Assembly: GCF_036321535.1 (NCBI RefSeq)
Contig: NC_087436.1
Coordinates: 29,824,001-29,888,000 of the forward strand
Direction: 5' to 3'
DNA: 64,000 nucleotides
Source: Camelus dromedarius
Taxonomy: Eukaryota
In this document: in pieces, positions 53,851-64,000 of the stretch
Position numbering within the stretch: position 1 is the first letter of the stretch
How the letters are laid out: each line of letters begins with the position of its first letter
The notes under the pieces: model-generated
Told to the model about the DNA's origin: nothing
Database searches by the model: none
What the model saw: the letters and a program-made list of their open reading frames with translations, nothing else
Made by a program: the position numbers and the translations under genes

Positions 53851-56800
53851 TTCCCCTATTATGGGAAAATGCCTGAGAGGAAAGTGGTGTCACTGAAGGC
53901 AAAGGAAGAGCGTCTTCAGAAATGAAGGGAAAGAGAAGATACTGCAGTCATTTCAACTAGGATACGGAATGAAGTGTTCTCTTTGGAGTCAATAATAGTG
54001 TTGCCATTGGTGACCTAAGATGGGACAATCTATTGGAGGTCAGTTATTAGCTTAAGATATGAGGATGACAAAAGTAGTGTGTGTATGTGTGTGGAGGAGG
54101 CAGGGTTGTTGCAAGTGTGGGTCCGTGTGTGTGTGTGTTGTAAGAGTACAGACTTGAGTAAACTTTAAAAGATGATACGAGAAAGAATTTCTAAAAGGGA
54201 GAGTTTGAAGACAGATGGATGAATGGCATAACTAATGTATTTAGGGCTCTGAGGAGTTTGGAGAGGATAATATTACAACAAAGTTGGTAGGGTTAGGCAT
54301 ACAGAGAAAGAAGCACATGTGTCTTGCTCATATACCTAGATGTTGGCCATTACAGTAAATGGATGCTGAATTGAAAACTTTAGCTAGATTCTTTAAAAAA
54401 AATTTTAATATTTACTCAAATCTCAGAAAGTATAAGAACTTGAGCAAGTACCTACTATGTTATTCAACAACAGAACAGCTGATGGGAGCTATTGAAATAA
54501 ACCTATCAATATAAGAACTTGAAAGGATTTTAGCAATAAACTGTATAACTTTTCATTTTCAATATAAGAATATTGGTCTCCAGTATCCTCACATTTATCA
54601 TAAAACTAGTGAAATAGTAGAAATAAGGTTGAGACAATATATGTATTGTGACAGTCAAATGAAAATATAATATTCATACAATCTCTTTTGAAAAAGTCTA
54701 TCATAGCAAGACTACCTATCTCTATTTATATATTTATATTTGTGTCCCTAAGCATGGTAGCTGAAAATAATGATTTATTCAGTTGACTTCAGGAATGTTA
54801 GAGTTATGACATTTTGATCAATTTTAAAAGGACTATGGTGGTCGTATTTTGGATAGGATATATCCTTAAAACATTTTACATTTGGAAGTATCATTGATAC
54901 TATACAGTCCAAGGCACCATTTATAAAAAGTTTCTATAAATGCACAAGTTTTCATCTTTCATCAAAAATCAGTTTAACTTTTTTCAGTATTTTCTGTAAA
55001 TACTAAATACAGCAAATGTAAATATAATATTAAAATCTCAAAGAATAGATATTTTATGTATTGTCACAGCTGTATTTTTGTCTGTAATATATTACAGTGC
55101 TATTATACAGATATCTCACAGACCAGGAAACATACTAGTATGTGTTGTGAAGGGAGTTTTTCAATGATTATTGTCATTTGACTGGCACATATGTAAAAGG
55201 AAGAAACAGCTATGAACAAAACAAATAAATAAGACATTGGGTCTAATTTGCAGTTTGCTTTTTTATTTCCAAGTAAATCATCAGAATTGTTCCTGACAAT
55301 TTCAAGTTAAAATATTTTTTGGAAAACTTCCTGAAAGAAGCAATAGCGTGTTCTGATTGGATTGCAGAATTTCTTTCCTTTTAACTAGGTTATCCAGATC
55401 CCTCAAGAATTTATATTCTGAGTTTCATGATCATTCAAACTTAGAAAAGATGTGTGGTAGCAAGTCATTGTTCTGCTGAGCTATAGATAAATAAAGGATA
55501 AATAAATAATTGAAGAGTCTCGGACAGCTGGGTGTCTGTAGCAATTGAAGTAGAGGAATTTGCACTGTGAAGCTTTGAACTAAAGCATCTTGTTCACATA
55601 AGCTGACAGGGTGATAGAGAGGGGAAAATAAAACAACACATTTATTATAACAAATGTTTGTCTATGATACATGATTCACTAAGCTGGAATTTATCATTTA
55701 TATTATTTATGTGGATTATTAGTAAGTGCCTTTTGATTCTACTTACAAACAATTTAGAAAAATTCACAATGGGCCTGGAGAGGGACTAAGACTGTCATAC
55801 ACATCATTTTAAGAACCTTTGACTATTGTTAAGTATTAAGCTATCTAATACTCTTTCTTTGCATATTGTCTTTTCTCTACAGAGCAAGAAAATAGAAACA
55901 AATATAAACCATTTGTCCTTTAGTCATATAATAATATTGTAATTCTCATCTTGCAATAGCCTTAATAAGGTATTGCTGAGGGAGAATGCTTTTGTTTAGT
56001 CATATTCCATTATTTCAGACATTCATTTTTTTCACCTCACAAAAATCATATCATAAATAAATTTTTAATACACCTGTAAAAATTGAATTATTTATCCAAA
56101 GCTTTGTATCATCCTGATAAATTAGATCATCAAGAAATACTTTTTATTTCACTTCCAATATAGGATGCCATATGGAGAGCAATTCTAGGACTCAAAAATC
56201 TGTGTATATTTGGGTGAATGAGATGATAGCTTGCAAAATACATTTATAAGCTTTGAAGCTATTGGCGTACGTTGTGTCCGTGTGTGTACATTTGACTATG
56301 CATCCATTCTCAAATATATACTCTTATATATATGCATGCATACATTATATATTCTTAATCTATATATTGTCTACCTAAACATATGCATGAATATATAGAC
56401 ACATTATATTTCTCAAAAAAAAAAAACCACTCTAGGCATCAAAGATTCCCAAGAATATTCAGTAACAATTGACATTAAATTTAAAGAATATGTTGCATCC
56501 ACCATTTATAACATTATCATGTAAGTTCTTATTTAGAATATATTTTATTCAAAAAAGCCATGAAATTTAACTGTTAATGGGCATATTGGTATTCATTATA
56601 AAATTATTTCAGCTTTTTTGGATGTCTGAAAATCTTTATAATGAAAAGTTTAGAAAGAAATACAATAAAAATAAGTGTATAGTTTGATGCATTTTTACAA
56701 AATAAATACACTAATATAACCAACTTCCAAATCAAGACATAAGACATCACCAGAAAGAAACATAAACCCGATCTACTCTCTTTCAGTAACCAATTTTCTG

Positions 56801-57016
56801 TGTCAACATTTTTTTTTTAGTGTCAACTTTCTAATTAGTGTTTCCTGTTTCTGAATTTTATATAGATAGATTCATATATTTTACTTTTTGTGTCTGGAGA
56901 CTTTCTCAATGTTACATTTGTGAGAACCATACCTGTTGCATTTCCCCTAAGGAACATTTTGTTTCTATCTAGTTTTCAGCCATTCTATACAGTGCCGATA
57001 TGTTACTTTACTAGTT

Positions 57017-57055
57017 TGTGTGCATATGTGTGTATGTGTGTGTGTGTGTCTGTGC
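57017..57055. repeat. (TG)n-rich repeat
   Basis: Direct reading. Confidence 0.85.
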
Positions 57056-57088
57056 ACATGTGACTGTGCATGCATTTCTGTTGAATAC

Positions 57089-57540
57089 TGTAATAGATAC
57101 TAAGACACAACAGCCCAGATCCAGGAAGAACAAGAACCCATTGCCAGCTGCAAGGTCTTTGGTTAGCAAACAACTCCCAGCTGTAACCTCCTTCATGCTC
57201 TGCCCCAGACACAGAGAGCTGCTTTGCCTGTGGTCACACACTTTCTGGGAAGCTGCATTTGAAAACAGAATGAAGTGAGGATATGGAGACTTGGGTCATT
57301 CAGGCTGTCCTGAGACAATTTTTTCAGGAACTTCTCCTTCCAGAGCTTTCCACAGGATTTGTTCAGGTTTTGTCAAACTTGCTTTGCTTCTTAACTTTTG
57401 ACTTTGCCCAAGTTTGTTTCCTTCCACTTCTTTTATAAATATTATAAATATTGATTCTTATAACTTCTTATATCCCCACATTTAATTTCCACCCTAAACT
57501 CCATTTCACTGTTGGCTTCCAGGGGACCCAAACCACAGCA
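57089..57540 (+). mobile_element. ERVL LTR16-like solo LTR
   Basis: tgtaatagatac...gcccagatcc...cccagctg...3' 'taaactccatttcactgttggcttccaggggacccaaaccacagca'. Confidence 0.7.
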
Positions 57541-58884
57541 TGTTTAAGCCTAGAAATAGAATCACTGTGTCACAAGCATGCATACTTTCACCTTTAATAA
57601 GTATTCTTGGTTAATTTTTCAAATTCTGTGCAACAGTATCACCTCTACCACAAGGAAATAAGATTTCCAGTTATTTCATATTTTTGTCTATATGTCATAT
57701 TTTCTTTTTTGTCATTTTAGCCATTCAGAGTGTAGTGGTATTGCATTGTGATTTTAATATACATTTATTTATAATCATGTTGAATACCTTTTCTTATTCT
57801 TATTATTAAGCTAGACATCCCCTAGTATAATCTCTTTATGTCTTTTGCTTGATTATTAGTTTCATTTGGCTTTCTTTCATGTTTTAAATAAAATTGGCAA
57901 ATGGAGGTTTTTTATGTATTTCAAATTTTAGTCCATTGTTAGAAATATGTACTGCCTTGATCTTTTCTTTCTCTGTGGACTTCAGGGTTGTCTTCTCATA
58001 ACAAATAAATTACTCTATTCAATATATCCAAATTAATCTTTTGTTAATCCTTTAGTAATTTTCGTGTCTAAGAAAAGCCTGTCTATTCTAAGGTCATGAT
58101 GATAGTCTCATATGTTTTCCTTGCAAAGTTTTATCATTTTACCTTCCATTTGAAGATATGCAAGCAATCTGAAATTTCCTTTTGTGTACTGTGATAGAAG
58201 TTAATGTATAGTTTTTCAAATGAAGATTCAATTAACAAGCTTCTTTTATAAATGTTCATCCTACCCTCTTTCACTGCAGTGACACATTTATCACAAATCA
58301 GGTGACCATATATATGTAATCCCTTATTGGACTCTGTTTCATTGTTCTGTTTCTCTAATAGAAATTAGAGAATTTCTAATTTCACATTAATACCACACTG
58401 TCTTAATTACCATAGCTTCATAATGGGTTCTGATAACCCTTATAAAAAATCTAGCTTTTTCTCTTTTTCAGGATTGTCTTGTTCATTTTTTATTTTTCAT
58501 TTTTCCATAAAAATTTTAGAAACATGTTTATCAAGTAACACACACAGATACCTACCTAATCTACAGATCAGCTTGGGGAGAGTTATATATTTTCAACGTA
58601 GGATCTCATAATCAGTGAATATGATATATCTTTCATTTATTTGCAATTTACTTATCTCAACATTTAGTTGTAATTTATGACAAAGCTCTTTCACATAATA
58701 TATTTTTTAGATTTAAAAGTTGTCATTAAAATATTTTTTCTTATTTGTTGCTGGATTCCATTTGCAAGAATTTTTTGAGGTGATTTTGCATCAATGTTTA
58801 TAGCAGAGTTGGAAGTGTGATTTCTTTTCTGTTTAATGTTCTTTCAGTATCAAGTTTATGCTGGCCTAATTAAAAAGAGTCAGC

Positions 58885-59370
58885 ACTTTCTGGCTTCTAC
58901 TTAGAATGTAAAATGCTAGAGATTGTCACTCCGATATTCAAAATAAGGAAAAAAAATAGATAATCTAAGAAATCTTGAATATATGAGAGAGCTGAGACTG
59001 GAAGGCAACCAACTAGCCTGAAATCTAAGAAAACACTCAGATTTCCAAGGCACGGAGACTGCCTTACTTGGAGCAGAGCACCAGAAAAATATGGGAGCTC
59101 TGTAATAGCAGATACAAAATGTAATGAATTGCTAAAAGCCAGTTATTAGCTAAAGTTTTAAAAATATCTGGGAGCCACAGATTTTAAAAAATAGGTTTGC
59201 ACAGGCTTGCAGGCTCATCTCCACAGACAACACTAAGCATTCATAACAAAGACTGGGGACAGATATGGGGCTGGGGAAAGCTTCAGGAGCTAGAGAAGCC
59301 AAAAGAAAGGGAACTCTTCTCCCAGGGGAGGAGAGAAAGCACTGTCACTCACAGGACAAGTATTTGTTAT
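58885..59370 (+). mobile_element. Probable old L1 5' region
   Basis: 'acttctggcttctac...gtcactcc...gaaggcaaccaactagcctgaaatcta' resembles L1M 5' UTR. Confidence 0.45.
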
Positions 59371-59864
59371 TTTACTTAAATGTTCTTTTTTTTTTAAGAT
59401 GACTTCATGAAATGAATTCTCTTCATAAACTCCCCACATAAAAAGTTGAGATAATGGAATTTCTGAGAATAATCCAAAAATGTCCCCTCAAACCAACTTC
59501 TAACCTGCTCAAATAAACAAAGTGGAATTGTTTCAGATCTCATCAATGTGTTCTGTAGTGTGAAATTTTAGACTGAAACTATTCAACTATATTATGCAAA
59601 AGAGAATTGCCTGAAGAGATTGCTCCTAAAGAACATCTGATTTGATATCACCATAGAGCCAAAGTCAAAAAATATTCCCAAAAAATAAACTAAGGGACAA
59701 TGCAGGATAGACTTGTTTTTTATTGTTGTCTTGAACAATGAAGAGGAGCACTGAAGCACAGAAATTTTGATTGTACAGTAGTTATTCAATTATTTTTAAT
59801 TACATTAAATGCTTGAAATATTCAGTTACTTTTCTATTCCCTGTTTTTTAGTAGTAAAACATTT

Positions 59865-60330
59865 ATAGTCCATCAATTAAGATATCTTTGGCCTCAAGAA
59901 ACAGAATGTGCAAATAAAATAAACATGATAGTATGTTACATACAATATAAGAAATATTTGTTGATTTAGTGTTTTAATGATTTTTATTTTGGCTTCTAAG
60001 CAGTTCTTTTGTCTTCACTCTGATATTTTACAGTGACTTCTGGAGCTCTAAGCATCACATCCTCACACGACAATAATTCAAAGTCAGTAAAATATTAGCT
60101 TCTATACTATGTCCTGTTTGATCTGTTTTCTCAGAAACCCCACTGGACGTATCCTTGGGTGTTATTGGCTAGAGATGTGGCCTAATCTTGTCAACTTAAT
60201 CACTGGCAAGAGAATGGAAATACCATTGTTGCCCTGTACTAATCAGCATCTACCAAAGCACATATGATGACTCTTTAATAAGGAAGTAGAAGGAGAGTAT
60301 TGGCTATTCTGTTAGGAGCCAGCAGGAATA
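59865..60330 (-). mobile_element. Old MaLR LTR (MLT1K/L/M-like)
   Basis: 'tttggcctcaagaaacagaa', 'tctaagcatcacatcctcac', 'cagaaacccc...ttattggctaga'. Confidence 0.55.
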
Positions 60331-62399
60331 GTATTTTAAATAACAATTTATATGTTTGAGGATCACACAATGTAATATTGGTTTAATGAGAAACAACTTT
60401 TTTTCATTTTCTGAAAGCTTTGAATCTTATTGCTGGTGTAGAATCAATGCCAAGCACATGCACTTGTCTGCTGGGAGATGAACTGTGGGTAGAATATGCG
60501 TGTAAATACTCATATGGCTTGAAGGTAAAAAAACTGACTCATTATGTCATGGAAGAAAGTTTCTCTTCTATGCATAGCATTGGCAAATACACATCATGTG
60601 TAGGCTTTTAAGGATGCTATGAAATAAGAGGCTCATAAAATTGGTGAGACATTTATCTCAGCTTCTTATATCACTTTATTTCAATATATTAGGAATTAAA
60701 TTTGACTTGTTTAAGAAGCATTTCAACTCACAATAAGAGAGAACTTAGACTAAATAACTCAAATTCATTAATGTATATATTAAAATTGGTGATTATTATC
60801 ATAATTAGGCATCAATACTCAGGCAACATTCATTACAATGAGAATTGTATTAGTTAATTGGTGATGACTATTTCTTCCATAGTCTTACAATTAAAATATT
60901 AACATTATTTATATTAATTTGGCCAGGTATTTTCCACTTTGACTTAAATATATATATACCAGAACAGGTAGAAGAAGATAAATACTTCCTAGTCTAGATT
61001 GTTATGAGAGTAAATAATATAAAGCATAATAGAATATTCCCAATTTGTATTATAAATCATAAGTCTCCAGAAAAAGGAAAGAAATCAATATAAGGATGAA
61101 GTTTGGTAGAAAATTCATAACCTTGAAAATGATTAAATATCAGATAGGTGTAGACTCTCAAGGAGATTTATCATGCCAGACAATGAAAACAGATTGAGAA
61201 GGGGTTCATACCAGTAAGAAGGCATGTGAGCAAGGGAACTATCTTGACAAGAAAAGAGCCTTTGTGTAAATAAGTAGTTACATTTGGAATTCTTTGAATA
61301 GTATTTAACTTTTAGAAGGTATAAAATTTATTTTTGAAGTGAATGAATCTGGAGACTAGATGATAAATTATATTGAATTTGAAAGAGTACAAGGATTTTA
61401 ATTGTTTTGGTTTAAACTAGGGAAGAATTTGAATGCTAGCTATATTCCAATATTTGAATTACTGTCATGGTGAAGAAAGTTAACCCAGAAAAACTTAACC
61501 CAGCTTAACATAAAGACAGAAATGTATTACCCATCAGCAACACAGATAAGCGATTATATTTGCCACTGAAAGTTTAAATAACTAAGAAATGGATTAAAAG
61601 TGTAGAAGGATATTTTAACCCTTAAGATTGATTTTGACCTTGAGGTTTTGTAATTATTTTGACTTTAGACACTTGAATTCATTTGGGGAAGCTAAATATG
61701 TTCTGCCCTTGCCTATTTCACTCTGACAACAGTTGTCTTTTATTTGTTTTTGTTTCCCTTCTCCTGTCTGACATTAGTTTTCTTGATTGAGAACACAAAA
61801 TAACTCTGAGTTAATTCCTGAATAAATTTTACACAGTATTTTTTATGTGTTTAAAATTGTATCTTATTTCTAATATATGAATTTTTTGATTTTTTTCTTG
61901 ACATCATCAGATATATTCCTATTTTTTTTTTCTTTTAAATAAATCTTGGGCATATCATAGCGTGTCACTTGTATGGTTCATTTTATGCAGAAAGTATTGA
62001 CATTTTTGTGGCCTGTATAAACATACTATAACATTGTTCCAAAGACCTAAAAAAATAGATATTTTTTTCTCTTTGTAGAGGATACATTTTTTATATAGTG
62101 TATTATTTTAATATTATAAATACGTGTGATATTTACACTTAAACATAGGAGAAGTCATACAGCCAATATATATCTGCCATGTAATTCACTCTAGTACATT
62201 AATACATCTCCAGTAAAGAATATTTAGGTAATTTTCACCTAACTATTCCCTTAACACTAATATATCATGACGTGAATCTTTGTCATAAATGTTCCTCCAT
62301 ATTGCATATGTTAGTCTGCATATATTCCTCACCTCATTTTTCTGTGGAGTAATATTATTTAATTATGAATATTTTGTGGTACTTTATACTGAAATTTCT

Positions 62400-62600
62400 A
62401 GAGGCAAAGTCCTTGGCTATACCATTTTCTAGCTCTTCAACTTGGGCAAGATTCTCAGCTTCTCTGTATCGCAGTTACTAATCAAAAAATAATTTGTTTT
62501 TAATACCTACCACTGAGAAGTCATCTGAGGAGAAAATGATAATTCCAAAAAAGTTCTTAGAAGAGAGCCTTACAAGTACTCATGAAACATTAACTCTAGA
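62400..62600 (+). mobile_element. MIR
   Basis: 'acttgggcaagattctcagcttctctgtatcgcagtt...aatacctacc...tgagga'. Confidence 0.6.
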
Positions 62601-63458
62601 ATTACCTTCCTTGCCTTACTTTCACAGAAGGCTGTCTTTTATGAATAAAAGATAATGTGATCTTTTTATACCCCAAGCTACTCTACCTAACACCCCAAGC
62701 CATCCTCTTCCCCACTGCCATTGGCTTCCTTCGCAGTGAATTCAGCCTGGATGTTATCACAATTTCTGATTAAGTCAGGGAAACGCTTCCATAGGCGTGG
62801 CAATAACTGCATTCTGCTGCTTAAACGCAACTGGTTCCCCAACAAAATCTATAACTAAGCCCTCTGCCCCTCAGGAAACTCTTGTCCTGAGATGTTAGGC
62901 TCCAGAGGAAAGTCAGAGCCACTGGAGCTGGGGCTTCTGAGAGGCCAGGTGACCGCACTTTGTAATGTAAGTCTATCTTCTGAAACCCATATGACTATAA
63001 CTTTCATATTACTTGCCATTGAGTTTCTTTAAGAGTTTAATAGACTCTAAAAAGTTGGAGTTTTATCCAAGCAAAAGACAAAAAAGGTCCTTGAGCAAAG
63101 TATGTACATAAACTCTCAGTGATTGGCTACTTCGCCCTGAACTTTCTGATCTAGCAATGGTCTCCTCCAATTTCAAAATAAAGTCTTCTGAAGTCTCCAG
63201 GCTCCAATATTATTATGAAAACACTGAGAAGAGATTTTGTTATTTCAGAAATACAATGTTCAATATTGGACCCTTAAATCTATTTTCCTATGTTCCTTGA
63301 TTTGCTCTTTTCCTTACTCTTGTCTGTCTGCCTAAGACTTCAACAAATTTTTGAATACACTTTGAAACTTATGGAATATTCTAAAATTGATAATAACTCT
63401 GGGACTATGCATTTTTTCCACACAGTATTGCTCTAATGTTTTTACAAGATATCTTTCA

Positions 63459-64000
63459 TTTTTCTTTTTCTTTTTTTTTTTGAGTAAAGGTAGATTTATT
63501 CAGAGAGACACATTGAAAGGCAAGAGAAAGGCCACAAGATGTGGGAGTTAGGTACTCAGATTAAAAGTAGGTACACACTCCATAGACAGAGTGTGGGCTG
63601 TCTCTGAAGAGGGAGCGAGAGAGGGCAGCGGCAAGGCACTTTTTATGGGCTTGGTGGCTCCATAGCTAATTAGTGGAAGCACCAGTCTAACCAGCCTGGG
63701 GAAGGGGCTGGGATTCCCAGGAAGTTGGCCATTTCCCACTCTTCAACCCTTTGTGGCTAGCCTTGGGGCTGCTGTGGCGCCTGTGGGCATGTTATTCACC
63801 ATGTTAGTATATTACAATAGGCATATAATGAAGCTCAAGGTCTACTAGAAGTTAAATCTCCCACCATCTTGAGCCTCAAGGCCTACTGGGGGTTGAATCT
63901 TTCACCATTTTGATGTTAATTGCTGTAGCATTCCTTGAATGGCTGTGCCCTGCCCCCTTCCTGTATCATTCCCCTCTCAGAGATTTTACTCCCATAGTAT
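63459..64000 (-). mobile_element. ERV 3' end: internal sequence, polypurine tract, U3-R and poly(A) tail (continues beyond window)
   Basis: Minus strand: polypurine tract gagaggggaa (63969-63978), TGATACAGG LTR start (63968), U3 direct repeats, cataaaa TATA-like (~63640-63646), AATAAA (63495-63500), then poly(A) 63459-63481. Confidence 0.85.

Larger units (their letters stand above)
56620..58880 (-). mobile_element. Old L1 (L1ME-like) 3' region, interrupted by an LTR16-like element
   Basis: 'aagtgtatagtttgatgcattttt', 'ttttagccattc..agtgtagtggtattgcattgtgattttaat', 'taccacactgtcttaattaccatagctt', 'atctacagatcagcttggggaga'. Confidence 0.75.

Noticed and set aside
57003..57278. Three overlapping ORFs
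   Set aside because: Explained by the stop-free TG repeat and the LTR16-like sequence.
58361..58383. Small hairpin gaaattaga/tctaatttc
   Set aside because: 9-bp AT-rich arms are expected by chance in 64 kb.

Overview
AT-rich, CpG-poor mammalian genomic DNA with no recognisable host protein-coding gene, RNA gene or CpG island. A tRNA-derived SINE at 38478-38620 matches my recollection of the camelid Vic-1 family, suggesting alpaca, llama or camel. Much of the window is decayed transposable elements: MIR, L2, many L1 fragments, MaLR (MLT1) and ERVL LTRs, a Tigger DNA transposon with a readable transposase N-terminus, and six ERV1-like solo LTRs, mostly with TG..CA ends and 4-bp target-site duplications (TSDs). 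The only recognisable ORFs in the track are L1 ORF2 and Tigger remnants. The most unusual structure is at the right edge: an ERV 3' end (polypurine tract, U3, R) that stops in a poly(A) tail 13 nt after AATAAA with no U5, the signature of an ERV mRNA retrocopied by L1. Nearly all younger LTRs and L1s lie on the minus strand, hinting at an intron of a plus-strand gene, and a few weak plus-strand exon candidates exist. The sequence does not support a new biological system. Repeat subfamily names come from recalled consensus sequences, not a database search, and boundaries without TSDs are approximate.
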